DNA of 64,000 nt from Rhina ancylostomus (Eukaryota). Positions 27,223-41,812 of the stretch are shown here, one piece after another. The stretch spans positions 69,451,121 to 69,515,120 of the forward strand of contig JARFYF010000104.1 in NCBI GenBank assembly GCA_030265395.1, given 5' to 3'. Below the pieces are notes generated by a model. The model was not told the origin of the DNA. It made no database searches and saw only the letters and a list, made by a program, of their open reading frames with translations. The first letter of the stretch is position 1. Each line of letters begins with the position of its first letter. The position numbers and the translations under genes were made by a program.

Positions 27223-29514
27223 NNNNNNNNNNNNNNNNNNNNNNNNNNNNNNNNNNNNNNNNNNNNNNNNNNNNNNNNNNNNNNNNNNNNNNNNNNNNNN
27301 NNNNNNNNNNNNNNNNNNNNNNNNNNNNNNNNNNNNNNNNNNNNNNNNNNNNNNNNNNNNNNNNNNNNNNNNNNNNNNNNNNNNNNNNNNNNNNNNNNNN
27401 NNNNNNNNNNNNNNNNNNNNNNNNNNNNNNNNNNNNNNNNNNNNNNNNNNNNNNNNNNNNNNNNNNNNNNNNNNNNNNNNNNNNNNNNNNNNNNNNNNNN
27501 NNNNNNNNNNNNNNNNNNNNNNNNNNCATCTAAGAACTTACAAAGTCACACAGACCTTGAGAAGCAGTGAGGCTCTCTCAGTGACCCCAGGCCTAGTCAC
27601 TTTTGAGGGCTGTTCTCTTGGCTAGTTATCTCTGGGTTCAGACAGGCCAGGATGATTGGACTCTTGAATCAGGACAAAGTACAGTAATACAAGTGTGGGG
27701 AGAATACTGAGAGCAAACCCAAACAACAGGCCAAATCAAATTTGATTCAGCCAAAGTTTCCCTATTGACTTAAAAAGTCAGTTCTGCCTTCAGGAATATT
27801 GAGCATTATTTGCATTATGCAAAAAAAGCAGGGACATATTAACTTAATTGTGAATATTTGTTCCATACAGAGCTCAAGACATCACTGAATCATGTTTATT
27901 TCTATCCTAGTGTAATATTTCTTTTCAATAACAACACATTGATTTCCCCATGAGTCTTTTGCTATTTTGTTCCAGCTCAAAATAGCATAAATGCAATCAT
28001 TTAACAGTCTAAGTAAAAAGGTTTTCAGTTGCATTTCTTTTATGTATTTTTAGTCATTTCATTTCATTTCTACAAAATCCATATGTTCAATCCCAGGAGG
28101 TAGCCAACAATCCATGTTTAAATAGTAATTTTACTTGTTAGTTGCTCCCACCAGGTGATGTCATTTTGATGAAAAATAAGAATGAATGAAATATGAAGCT
28201 CNNNNNNNNNNNNNNNNNNNNNNNNNNNNNNNNNNNNNNNNNNNNNNNNNNNNNNNNNNNNNNNNNNNNNNNNNNNNNNNNNNNNNNNNNNNNNNNNNNN
28301 NCTTTCCTAAAGGAGGAGAATAGCCCTTAACCACTTACCAGATAGTCACTAACCAGTTAGTTTCTTCCCCAAATTCCCAACACTCTGAAGCTGCTGCACT
28401 ACAGTACATTTCCGTTTCATGCTTCCTGTTGAGTGAGGACAGCCAGTACCTTTATTAATTATAATATGAAACTAGTTTCTTTTGCATTTCACAGAATGAA
28501 TTGGCATAGTGCAGTATAGTGCAGTATGGTTTCAGCTTCATAAAGAACACCTTCCAAGTTTGCATACATAACTTATGGTGTGTATTTAAGTCTCTATCCC
28601 TGCTGCAGTTCCATTGGGCAATGTAAAAATAAAACAGGTGCTTTCATATTTAATTAGATCAGTGTCATTCGCAGACCTGGAATCCATGTGAAAATTCATC
28701 AATCAACAATGGAATTGATGTGGTAATTACTGAATGGAACTAAGATGTCATTCCTTTATGGGAAAGAACCAATGATTTGTGACTTGGATCTGAATGAAGA
28801 TTTCCCATGTTCAGATCAAATGGGGTACAAAAGGGTCAAAAGAAGAGCAGAATTCTAAAGCTCATTCTTGTTGTACAGATATAGAATCACATATAAGCAT
28901 ACTGTCTTCATTGTAAGATTTCAGCTGTTCCTGATAAAACAGCTGCAACTCTAGCACTAGTCTGGAGAATACAAAATAAAATGGCAAAAGAGAAAGGCAG
29001 CTGAGTTATTGAGAAATGTGAAAGAAATGATATAGTTGCTGAAGTAAACAAGAAGCTGTAATTAAGTCAGGACATCAAAGACAATCTGGCCAGTAGAAGT
29101 GATGAAACACAGAAAAGGGAATTGAATAAAGAGGTTATGCCTTATAACAATGAAATAAACCATATAATGACTTTTCAAACATTAAAATTAAACTAAATAA
29201 AATAATTATAGGGGAGACATTGCCATTCCTTTCCATGAGTTACCAGGGTTATACATGATAGTCAATAGATTAGGTACATGATCCTAATCATGACTACTGC
29301 CACAATACCATTGCCTGAACTAGAAATTGTGTTAATGGAGAACAGCAGGTACAAATGGAATAGCTGATCTGGGACATCTATTTGTCTCTCAAAGATACTG
29401 GAGGATAGCTAATCAGTTAAACTAATCAAATGCTTCATTAAATAAAAGAACTTGCAGAAATGGGAAGTGCATTTCTTTTACTGTGTAATGCATATAACAG
29501 ATCATAGCTCTATA

Positions 29515-29810
29515 GAGCCGGGCTTGAACCTGACCTTGGGTGCTGTCTATATCAACTTTGCACCTTCTCCAACGAGTGCTCCAATTTCCTTCAACATGCC
29601 AGAGACATCCGTTTGGTATCAGTAGGTTAATTGTCTGGTGTATATTGCCCTTAGTGTCGTTAGGTGGCAGGAGAATTCAGTGGCAGTGGTGGTTGGGATT
29701 GATGGGGATGTGGGAAGGAAAATGGGATTAGTGTAGATGGGGGTTTAATGTTCAGCATAGGCAAGGTGGGCCGAGCAGCCTGTTTTTGTGCTATATGACT
29801 CCATGACCAT
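29515..29810 (+). mobile_element. Degenerate V-domain SINE with CR1-like tail
   Basis: gtgctccaatttccttcaacatgccagagacat...gtaggttaattg core and tail gtgctatatgactccatgac. Confidence 0.65.
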
Positions 29811-30298
29811 ATTCATGGAGAACAAATGGTTATTTGGTACAATTCATAAAAGGATACACACCCAATATTAAATAATCCATATATGTTACATTCCCTCAAT
29901 AATGAATTCATCAAAAAGAAAGATGAAATCAAAATAACTGTTCAGACTCTGTGTACTTTACTTTGGCACAAAATGATCCAGATACATAGGTCCATAGATA
30001 CACTTTCTATGTGTGTTCGTCCAATCTGTGATATCTCCTTTACTGTAACTTCCTAGTGTCCAGGGCCAAACATATCTCCTATCGTATATGTTGTTATCAC
30101 TGCTTGCCACATCTGGTGTCAAGCTGATGTGGTCTGCATCCTCACTGTGCCTCCAACTCCTAACAGAAGCAGGTCTTCAGCATATCTGTTGTAATAATAT
30201 ATTGCCCTTCAATTTCATCTGCGGAACTGCACTACTTCCATGCATGGGTATGGCTATGATGAATTCCGTCTCATTTTCATGTACATTCTTTTTCTTTC

Positions 30299-30689
30299 TG
30301 TTATGTACCAGCAACAACAGAAACACACCGAGACATGTATAAGTGTTAAAAACTACTTTATTAATAACTACTNNNNNNNNNNNNNNNNNNNNNNNNNNNN
30401 NNNNNNNNNNNNNNNNNNNNNNNNNNNNNNNNNNNNNNNNNNNNNNNNNNNNNNNNNNNNNNNNNNNNNNNNGTTTCTCATCCATCGACAGAGAAAACAA
30501 GCAGGCTGGTGTCTCTCTCTCTCTCTCATTCTTCTGTCTCTCTCTCCTCTCTCTCCTTAGGACTGACTCCGACTGGTTGTTTCAACAATAACGGCATGAC
30601 GTTCTTTATCTTCTGTTGACGTAAGCACGCCACCCACACACACACACTATCTTAAAGGAACCTCACTAATTGTAATCTAGTCCGTAACA
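30299..30689 (-). mobile_element. Solo LTR, family A (Gypsy-like), spanning a gap
   Basis: Termini TGTTATG...CGTAACA, 4-bp TSD tttc at 30295-30298 and 30690-30693, and antisense AATAAA near the left end. Confidence 0.85.
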
Positions 30690-33234
30690 TTTCATCACCT
30701 TCAGAAAGCATCTTGCAGCTTACTTTAGTGGAGTGCTATTGTATATTGGCAGTAGATGATCCATTTATTTCAACTGTATAGCCTGGAAATTGATAGCTTC
30801 CATCAGGAGGATATTACACATTGCTCCCCAATTCAAATTGAAATGTCACCATTACCCTTGCACCAATGTCATGGAATAGACACATCTACTGGGTATTCCT
30901 TCCGCTGTTCTTTTCTCATTTGGTACCTATCTCAATCCCTGCATGTCTCACCTCATTTGCAATGTCTGTGGAAATTATTTTTCCAGTCTACATGGCGTAT
31001 GCTTTTTTCTCAACTGCCCTTGCTTCCATTCTGGAATTAGTTCAACTTTGTGTAACAGCCAATCCCTCAGCCTGGATTCCTCACTTCCACAAATAATCCA
31101 ATCTCTGATAAGCAACTCATTCAAATCTGCAATTATCTGCTAATGGTTTTAGCCCCATTTTTAAAATTCCAAGGGATTGTCCCTGTTCCTGGTTGTGAAA
31201 AAATGGGAACAGTCAACTGCTTTACTTCTAGGGAGATTGCAGTGTGGCCATATTGCATGCAATGCAGGTTGTATGGTGTCATTTCAGGGTTTTACGGTAT
31301 GGTACAATTGTTTGCCCTTGTGAGCAATAGGATTCCAAGCCATCTTTAATTTCATTTGCTTGGGTTTATTTTGCATAGTCTTTAGACAGATTACATGTCC
31401 AGAAATCTAATAGCTTGGGTGCTTAATTATTTCATGGTGCTGTATCTCACTTGAATCATGGAGCTCTCTGGCTCTAGGTGCACATTCACATGTTATCTTA
31501 ATTTTCAATCATGGGCTCTAACTTTCATAGTTTTTTTTAGCAACGAGCTCTTGTGAAAAACATATATCATTATCTCTCTCTAAGCTAGTGGAGGATAGTC
31601 AGTAAAAAATTGCCTTTTAAAAAAATTTGTAGCAAGTGTCAGTGAATTTTATGCCTATTCCCAGACAAACAACATATTCAATACTAACCATGTATATTAT
31701 AGAGAACAGATTATCACAGGATACAAATCTTAGAGGGGTACATACACTCCCAATATTTCATAAGCCACATGTGTTACATTGTGGTGCAATGTTCATTATG
31801 ATAATTACACCTGGCAAAAATGAAATGTTCATTAGTATTCTACTTCTCTAATATTAAATTCAATTACTCAATTTTGTAAAACTACTATATTCTAAAGTTA
31901 TCTGACACTGTTTAATTAATTCCTAAACTCTTAAGCAGAGAATGCACCCTGCTCTTGTAAGTTTGTGTGTGTGTGTGTGTGTGTGTACGCATAATAAATA
32001 AATACTCAATGTAAGACAGCAAATGGCCAGCAGCACAACTAGTAACTATTTAGTGCAAATGCAAGGAAATGTAGAAGAGGAAAAAATGTTTATCTTACCA
32101 TTACCACAATAAATAAATTTCCAACTACAGACACAGTTACATTGGAATGATGCTTTTGTGAAATGAGAACATCTGGTAGCAGTTACCACTACATCTGCCT
32201 TTTTTGTTGGTGCTGAAATTAATGAGAGAACTATTCAGAGATGTCTAAATGATCAAAAAATACTGGAAAATTTTTAGCTTTAATGATAAATGTGTAATTT
32301 TATACATTGCAAACTTTACACCCTTTCCCATTATTCACTCCTACTCAAACAAGATCTTGATGTAAAATATATGGCGTATATAATATCAGTTGGTACCGCT
32401 TTAACAATTGAATTGTGTGTCCAATTATTCTGTGTTGTTTCAACATCATTTAATGTGGAACTTGCTCAAGAGGCAGTCTGCTTCTGTGATGAAAGCTACA
32501 GGAGGAATGTTGTGCTTCACTGTGAGCTTGTCTTTTATTTAATGAAGTACATCGTTGATTTATTAATTATTTTCCAGTATCTTTGACAGATACTAAGACT
32601 AATTTCCTATTAGTATCAATGCATTTCATGTTATGATCTGGTTAGATATGTTCATTCTTTATTCTTCAGATTGACGTGTTTCTTTATGCAAGTACATACT
32701 TCTCCATGTGACAATATAAGGCATTTTAACACACAAGTTCACAAAGGCTGTTTTTTAGATGAACCCATAGCAAGTTAAAAAGAATATGACTTTATTTCAA
32801 AACTGCAATTAATAATATGTTAATTTTGAGGAAAATAGTTAAAACCAGTCAGAATTTGCTCTGCTTAAGCTCTAATTAATTCTTTAGATCCTACAGTATC
32901 TTAACCAGTGATTCTTAAAGAGGTTGCTAAAGGCAATGGATGATACTGGCTTTTAAAAAATGACCAAAATGGTTGGCAGTGATACTCCTGCTTCACGTTC
33001 ACACTGCAACTTTCTGCCAGCCCATAACTGTACCCTGCCTATTTAGATTCACCCCAGCTTTGTTCATGGGCTTCCTTGGTGACTAAGTTAATCAAATTTC
33101 AAAATCTCAATGACCAATGTCAGGGCATCCTATTNNNNNNNNNNNNNNNNNNNNNNNNNNNNNNNNNNNNNNNNNNNNNNNNNNNNNNNNNNNNNNNNNN
33201 NNNNNNNNNNNNNNNNNNNNNNNNNNNNNNNNNN

Positions 33235-33386
33235 AACTAGTGCTAGAGAAACCCAGGTACTTATGCTAGGCCCCTAATGGGGCTCAGGTGTGTGTCATTA
33301 TGCAAACAGCCAAGCACGGAATCAATGTGCTGTACAACAAGGCATCAAAGGAGCCAAATTGAGGGCTAGTACTCAGAACCATGACA
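33235..33386 (-). mobile_element. Partial solo LTR, family B
   Basis: Reverse complement of 46866-47011; ends ...agaaccaTGACA and is cut by a gap. Confidence 0.85.
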
Positions 33387-35129
33387 TATGCAGATTCAAT
33401 GTGCAGATCTTTTTGTGCCTATTGTCCACTGTATCAATTTCCATTCAACAGCAACAAGGATGTATCTCTCTGATGGAGAAAACAATCACAACCTACAAAC
33501 AATGTTAGTGTTTAGAAATATTGCACGTTTTGTTGTGGAATAAAGAACTCTATGCTAATTAAAGTAGAAATCAAAGGCCATCTGCTTTCTTCTAAACTGC
33601 ATATTATTGTTAACCATGGTCAGTAATGATTGTCATTTCCGTACTAAAAGTTTTATGAGAAATCCACAGAATTTACAAAAACTTAGCCCAAGAAAAGCAA
33701 AATACCAGTAAATGTCATCTTGCAAGGATATGGAACTAATGCAGGCAAATGGGATTAGTGCATGTGGTCAAAAAAGGTTGACATGGACATGGGCTGAATG
33801 GCCCATTTCTGTACTATGACCTTATGACTCTAAGCATGTATTCTGAAAAATTAATAAGTAAATACTTTGAAAGTTTGTCATGAATGTTGTTGAATCTATT
33901 CATTTTTAATATATTTCAATGTGTTTTCAATGTATTGATATGAATTGCACTAGCTCAGAGTGATTTATATTTTGGAAAATGACATTTTATGTGATGGATC
34001 AAAAAACATAAATTTCTATCCATGAGTAGCATTTTATCAAATCTCTGTTTTCACAAAGCATTAGCAAGTTATGTGGAGAGGCTGAAGTTAGCACTTGAGT
34101 TTCCTGTGTACAGTCCTGTTGACAATTCTGTTTCCTTTGGAGAATGTCCAGGTCCTGTTACAATTAAGTTGCTATAACATTATAGCAAAGTCCAATGCCA
34201 TTAATGTGCATAGTTTGATCATATAGATCGCATCAGTGTAAAAAAGTAGTATGATTTGGCAAAAAATTAAGCAAAATCTGATATTGTCCAAATAGAAATC
34301 TTGCACAATTAACTCTTAATAATTCTTCTCTTCTGACCTATGTACTTAAACACTGGGAATTTCCCACTTGGCTACTGTAACCTTGGCAGTAGATTNNNNN
34401 NNNNNNNNNNNNNNNNNNNNNNNNNNNNNNNCTGTGGAAACTCCCAGGAAAAAGTTCTAGTTGAAAGTAAGAGAATATTTTAGGGCCAGGTGATGATTCT
34501 GCATGTGGTCAAGTTGCAAATCTGCCTCCTGTCCAAAAAATCAAACAATGAGTACAGAACATCTTTCTAGTCAGGTCAACTAGAAGATCAAGGGACCCTG
34601 TGGAGTAAAGACAGAAGTGTCAAGAACTCCTTGGGGCCAGAGGAACATTTTTATCTATCTTCATTATTAGGTTCTGATTACCATTATAGCATTAACCTCA
34701 CCCGCATCTCCTGCCTCAAACGGATCACTATGTAAGTGGCAACAAGTGGGACTGTTCCAATATGTGTATCCCCACCACTTTCAGTCTTTACACCCTTTTT
34801 CTGTCAGATGAAGGAGCCAATATCTGTCCATGGTTTTCTAAATTTAGCTTATGTTTTAGGATGATGGATAAATTCCATCTTCTGCTCCTTCTCTTAGTAT
34901 GAAGGTTTAATGTTTAAATAAAACAGTTTTTAAATCCCATATTACATGACTAACTACAATTGAATAAAGTGCTAAATGCGTTAAAGTTGGCAACTTAAGA
35001 ATGTACCTGTATTAAAGTTCACAGAGCTGCTTCTCAGTGTTTAATATTGGAGATATCAACTAAACATTCTCCATTCATTGTCATTCCTGGAATAATCACT
35101 AGGAATCTAATGTTGAAAACACTAAGGAA

Positions 35130-36520
35130 TTTCTGTTTGGACATTAGCTGGAGCTTTGGGTTCATTTCTGGGTACCATACTATAGGAAGGATGTCAAAGA
35201 CTTAGAGATGAACTGGAATGGTACCACATATGAAATACCAATATAGTGTTGAGAGTGGAGGAGTTGTAAGTGTTCTCCTTGTAATCTAGAAGATTAAGGG
35301 GAAATTTAATGGAGATGTTCAAAATTGGGAGACAAGTTGATAGATGGAGAATTTTTTTCCAGTGACAGAGAGTTGGCAAACAGAGAACATATATTTAAGC
35401 CAAAGAACCAAAGGCAGCAAGGGGAAACAATTTTTACAAATTGCATTGTTATAACCTGGAATGCACTCCCTGAAGGGATAATAGAAGCAGATTCAGTTGT
35501 AAATTGTAAAAAGGAATTGGATAAATGCATGAGGATAACATTTTACCTGTGGTAAAATGTGGACAGAGAACCATGGAATAGGACTACTTCAGTATCTCTT
35601 TCAAAGAGTCAGCAAAGCAGCATTGGCAAAATGACTTCTTTCTGTGCCCTACCTTGAGCTAGGGAAGTTGTTAAAATCTATCATGAGACACAAAATGAAT
35701 GAGAGAATGGACAAATACGAAGTAAATGCAGACAGTCAACATAAGCTTATGAAGGTTTTGCCATAGCACACAGCTCACTAATCTAGTTTAACTTTTAGAA
35801 GTCACTAGCATTTGGACAGAAGAATGTCAAGAAATCTATCCATATAGACCCATATAAGGTACTTGATGAGAATCTGAAGAAGAAATTATTGTTGAACAAT
35901 GGAAATGCATGGAATAGGGGTGACCTTGTGACAAAGACTGATGATTGAATGAGTGTGTATGGGTCAAGAGATATCTTCTGACTAGTGGGATTATAAATCT
36001 GAGCTTTCAGATGACATTTTAAGAAAGTACAGTAAATTGTATGTTCATTTGTGCAAGGTTATAAGGAACTTTCAACAAACCTAGGAGAAAGGTTTCATGT
36101 GGAGAGGTCATCAAGACTAGATCCATAAACAGAAAATATACTCTGCATTTTCAGATATTAGCAGCTGTGAAGGAGCAAAGTGATATAGATCTGGATTCAG
36201 AGATCACCTTAAATTCCTGCACAGGTAGGAAAAATAAACAACACTGAATGGAAGGCTAAACTTTATTTTGGGAGTGTTAGAATTGAAAAATAAAGAAGTG
36301 ATGTCCATTTGTATTTTATTGAATTTGGAATGTTAATTGTTGAACTAATTGAGATAGTAAAGTTGAGAGACATTTGGTCAGATTGGTAAAGAGAGCATGT
36401 TCACTCCACTTGGGAATCTAATCTTAAATTAGAGGTGGAGCAGTCAGGATGAATTCCCTGAACAACTTTTCACACATATGCTAATGGACATTGAGATGCT
36501 TTTTATCCTAATTGGTGTTT
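35130..36520 (+). mobile_element. Two degenerate CR1-like LINE fragments
   Basis: CIVITWNALPEGIIEADSVVNCKKELDKCM (ORF 35325-35555), plus decayed RT-like sequence from about 35700. Confidence 0.75.
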
Positions 36521-37780
36521 CCAAGAATTAGACTATTTAAAACCGGTTGTTTGGTATGCATTATTGTGTCTCTGACTTTGCCTTTCTCACAATAAAAGAA
36601 AGAAAACATTCTAGTTATTATAGCCCCAACTCTAGTTCACTGCAGCTTGTGCAGAGGGTCAGCAGCAGGAACATATTCACTCTGGAGTGTAGGGAGAAGA
36701 TAGGGCTTCAGGGTGAATCCTAATTTCAACTGGATTTCTTGTACTCATCAGGCACAAGACATTGATCATATCAATCTGGGGTCCACTTGAGCTCTAACTC
36801 TCAAGCAGAAACACCAAGAGGCCGAATTTCCTTGCATTTCTGTTACTTTAAGCTCATTTTCAAAATTCACCGTCTCAACATTTAACCCCCTGTGACATTC
36901 TGTCCCAGAAACCAATTCTTCAACATCTATGAACTGAATTTGTGGATCTGAAAATATCCTCTGTTGCTGTGGAAGTGAACATGCAGCCATTGAACAGAGG
37001 AAATCTCAAAATAAATACTAGAACAACTTCTTCAGAGATAGATGATGACACAATAAATTATCATGGTACAGCATAGACTCAATTCAAGCATTCAAAACTA
37101 AATGGAGAGCTATATCACTTAAGGGAATAGAGAATATGCACCTGCTATCAAGATTAAAATAATCTGATTGAGTTCTTGTCAACAACATTAATGAGAAGTA
37201 TTTCTAGCATTTTCAGTTTTATTCCAGATTTCTAGCCTTTGCAGTATTTTGAATTTGCAAATTAGAAACTGCATAGTTTAAGTGTTCTCATCTTGTATTT
37301 TTATTTTAATTGGAATCTTTGATGGTAATATTATTCATTGGGAATAGTCTGATTTTAGTTTTTGTTGCCTCCCTTTGGCAAAAATATGTTGATTTGGGAG
37401 AAATGAGATTAACATCATTTGCATCAACCTTAACCAGGCTGAAGAGCAGAGATAAAATACATTTACAGAATATCCCACACCTGTAGTACATGTTATTTCA
37501 CTTTTATTCTGAATCTCATCACAATAGCCTTCCTTTCACATTACAGTATGGAGTATTTATCTACTGCTGCTCCACAAGGAGATAAGATCCTCCACAACAG
37601 CCGTGGCATTACTATAGTAACACAAAGCACCACCGATCCTTCCTTCCACCCGTGGTGGTCTTAATGTCAATGATCAGATGAACCATCTTCACCAGTGGTA
37701 GAACCATCACAAAGCAAAAAGCCTGGCATTACCACACAGAGCCATAGAATAAGAGATACAGTATATAGTTTGCATGAGGA

Positions 37781-37902
37781 TGTCACAATGTTGAGCAAAC
37801 TCAGAGAATCCAAATGCAGCATACTGATACAAGACTGGAATCAGGATACTTCCTCAGGACAAACACAGGCAGCAACTGGAAGGAATCTTGCCTCAGAGAT
37901 CA
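37781..37902 (-). mobile_element. Partial solo LTR, family B
   Basis: Starts TGTCAcaatgttgagcaa, the reverse complement of about 47170-47306; cut by a gap. Confidence 0.85.
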
Positions 37903-39934
37903 NNNNNNNNNNNNNNNNNNNNNNNNNNNNNNNNNNNNNNNNNNNNNNNNNNNNNNNNNNNNNNNNNNNNNNNNNNNNNNNNNNNNNNNNNNNNNNNNNN
38001 NNACCTACAGAATGCCCATCTCCCTCTATTTTCCTCTCATTCATGTGCTAATCCAAGCCCCTCTTAAAAGCCCCCAATTTTTATAGAAGGATATGGAAGG
38101 TCAACAAATATTAACCCTGTTTCTCTCTCCGCAGAAGCTGCCTGACTTCCTGGCTGCTTCCAACATTTTGTGTCTTTATTTCAGTTTTCCAGCATCTGCT
38201 GTTTTTTGCTTTAAAATAATTCCTGACAAGAGCGTAATGTCAACTCCGCAATGCTGGGACAAAGAGAATCAATACTCACTTTGCAGGCAGCAAATTTGAA
38301 AATCACTCTCCAACTTCTCTCTCTTGCTGGTGCAGTTGCAAAATAGTATTTAATTGCAACATGTAAACTCATCAATGCAAAAAAAGGACAAGAATAGGCA
38401 GCAGTGAGGTTCAATCCCAAAGGTGACTAGTGAAGCTAGCTGTGGGTGGTTTTACCGTAACACAGTTTTTGTGTGTTTTTATTATGTGAGAAGGATACAC
38501 ATCCACTTGAGATAAACAATTGCAAATTCTGCTGGGGTTCAAAAGGAAGCCAGATTTAGCCAAAGGGCAATTTGCTGTGAGGTCCTATGATGACGTTATT
38601 GTACATTAAAAATTAGAAAGGAGATGTTATCCGCAAACTATCTTTTAAAAAATAACAGTAAATCTAAAGTTATTGCAACTAAAATTTGGAAATGTATAAA
38701 AGAATTGACAACAGACTTTAAGGTATTCATTGCAAAGAATTGTCATGCATTTCAACTACAGTAACAAAATCCATTTTTAACTGAACGAAGTTAACATTGT
38801 TCTTAGGAAAATTGGGAAGAGAACTTTATAACTTGGTATTTATAAATAACAATGACCTTTTACCATGTTTAAAGAAGAAATAAAGTACGGAGTCCATTAA
38901 AGTTTGACCTACTGATATCCTACGACCTATGGTAGATAAACAAATTGAACACCACACCATTTATCTGCAGTTCAAAGCAAGTGGAAGTTAATTAGATAAT
39001 TCATGAATGACAAATTCACAACTGAGCAGGGGCCAACGTAAAGAGGGTTGGTCTTTCCACTTTTGCTGGTCATACTACTTAAATTAATAACAATGAACAG
39101 AAAAGTGAATGAAAATGGTCCACAATTTGATTAGCCCAAGAACATTAGAAGAAATTGGCCCAATGAAGGCATTTTCGTCATACTGACAGAAATATGCATT
39201 TTGTTTAATTGTCACAGATGAGTTGTAACTCTAGGACAAGAAATGTCTGGCAATGTAGTATAGGCTAATAACTCATTTAAGTGGTCTTGATGACATCTTA
39301 AACAANNNNNNNNNNNNNNNNNCTGTTTAAGAATGTTAAGAGAATATTGAATATAAATGATTGCCTCAAACCACTGGAAAGTTTTTGTAATTTATTATAA
39401 TCCAAATAATATATAGATTGCTTGCAGAGTGAAATATATAAGAATTGATTAGAACTTGGGCCACAGATCATTCTGGCAGTGGATTCTGGGAAATGGAACA
39501 TGCAGCAAATTCTCATGGTAACAGAAGCAAAGTTATTTGAATTACCTTTAATTTCAATGACGTGTCCAATCATTTGGGCAATGCAATATACAGCAGGCTA
39601 CCTGAGAGCTACTTAAAAGAGAAATACACCTCTTAATATCCACACAGTTGTTCACTTTATTTTGAAGCCTGTCAGATCCAGATCTGGTCCCAGATATTTG
39701 CATACCTTTCCCGATCTTTTATTGTTCAAGGCAAGAAGGAGAAGTAGATCCCAAAGCCCACTGGAGTGTATCAAGGGTTATAATCCAGTTAGCCCGGACA
39801 GAGGTGACACATAGGATCAGTCGTGTTGTATCAACCCCAGAAACTAGGGATGAATCTAGGAAAAGGCTCATTTATTTCAAAAGGACAGCAAAGGACACAG
39901 CTTTTCATGTCTCAGCTCTCTCAATAATATATAG

Positions 39935-40345
39935 TATGGTGATGGTGCAGCATTTAAATAATTGAACTTGTAATCCAGAGACCTAAATCTAGAGACCCCA
40001 CAAAGTGAATTCAAATCCTGCCATGACACCTGTGGAACTTAAATGAGTTTAAAATCAGCTAATAATCTGCAATTTGAAAGAAAACTAGTCACTATAGTGA
40101 TGACCATAAAACTACCAGATTGTTGCAATAGCCCATCTGATTCACTAATGCCCCATTGGGGAAGGAAGGCCCCCACTAATTCACTAATGCCCCTGGTCTG
40201 GCTTATATGTGCCTGGCTCACCAGTGTTGTTGCCTGTTGAATTGGCACAGTAAGCCACTTGGTGCAATGACAATTAGGGGAAGGAATAAATTCTGGCCTT
40301 GGTAGCAATGCCCAGATCCTGAGTTATGAATACGTTTACAAAAAA
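39935..40345 (+). mobile_element. tRNA-derived SINE with CR1-like tail
   Basis: B-box-like gaattcaaatcc, core ttcactaatgcccc (internally duplicated), and tail caattaggggaaggaataaattctggccttggtagcaatgccc shared with the second CR1 family. Sister copy at 51800-52080. Confidence 0.75.
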
Positions 40346-41269
40346 TTGACAATTTCAATTCACCTCTCCGCTACCACTTTCCATAATCCTGTCACCTCCC
40401 ATCACATACCATAGTAATTGCATCCTTATTTCTCAATCCAAATGGACATGCTATTGCTTCTGCTTGCATCACCCCATGCTCGGACATCATTCTTTTCACC
40501 TATCCTAATACCTGCACAATCAGCAAGAACTGGCATTCCTTCACCACATCCCTCACACTTGGATGGATTTACATTCTGATTCCATTCAACCTCTTCACTG
40601 GGCCTTTTCATCTCTTCTTATCTTTTTAACAGACACTGATATTATCTCCAACATTAGGCAGCATGTAACATCAAGCAAAGTGGAAAGCCAAACTGGGAAG
40701 TACTGGACGTAACTGCCCTCACTTCAATAGAGCAGAAAGCTCTGGTCATTATGGTCATTAGTGGCCCAAGAGAAACCATAAACATCAGGGAAGTCAAGGT
40801 GTGCAGGTGGAGGAGGTCAATATACTGAGGATTCCTTACAGGCACGAGCAAAGATTTTGACATTACACTTAGGTTAGAGTGTGTGCTGGAAATATTCGTG
40901 TGTGGTAGTATAACCAGCAAAACAAGCTGGATGATGTAACACAACATCTGGCAGGCATTGGTTGATCAGGACTGCAGTGTATCCTCTGAGTCAAACATCT
41001 TACAACCATTTATGTTGGTGTGTGAAAGGATGGAGCTGAGTCACATTGCAGGCACACCAATCAAGTAAGTGCTCTCAGTTAGAGGATTTCAAACTTTGTG
41101 TGTGAACATGTAGCTGTACCCCTCTAGGTGACCACTCCTTCGCACTCATGACTTCAGGCTTCTATATCATGCTGGGACATAGAGTGAGCTGCTTGCTACA
41201 AAATTCTCAGAGGCTGTACTATTCTTGTAATCAGTCTTGAAGCAGTTAGTCTTGTTCAGTAGTTTGATT

Positions 41270-41470
41270 CCTAGTATACTTGGGGGACTTAATAATAGTT
41301 GCATTGTTAATGATCACGGAAAGGAGGTTGGGTTTTCTTTTGTGTGAGAACATTGTTACCTGGTACATGTAGCATGAATGTTGCCTGTCTGTTGGCACAC
41401 TCTGCCTGGATCTTATCCAGATCCTGCTGCAGGATGGCATTGGATTACTTCGTTATAGAAGGAGCTCTGA
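41270..41470 (-). mobile_element. CR1-like RT fragment
   Basis: Minus strand reads LQQDLDKIQAE..., the CR1 'LQ.DLD.I..W...WQ..F' motif. Confidence 0.65.
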
Positions 41471-41812
41471 ATGAATGTGAACAGACAAATAACTCTGCCA
41501 TGAAAGGCCTTCACACCTTGATATATGCCATTACGGTCTGTGAATTGGCACAAGGGGGCACTAATAACATGCAAGTTGGTGCCAAGATGGTCCAGCAGTC
41601 AACCTTGAAATTCCAAAGAGGCATACTGCACCTTAAAATAATGGGCAGGTTCATTTTATTTATACAGCCAAAAGTTCAGTCACTATTAGACCCGCTGTTC
41701 GACGGCAATCCTTTAAGCTTTTTGTTTTACACGGGTGCTCATTCTGGCAAAGATTTATTTCTCCCAGAACTCGTTGATGGAGGTTTTAACTAAAAGGTGT
41801 GATAGGAAAATA

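Noticed and set aside
26218-30689. Full-length LTR retrotransposon between the two family A copies
   Set aside because: The second copy has its own TSD on both sides, and no gag, RT or integrase lies between them.
41344-41793. 149-aa plus-strand ORF
   Set aside because: Its first third is antisense CR1 sequence and I recognise no protein family in the rest.
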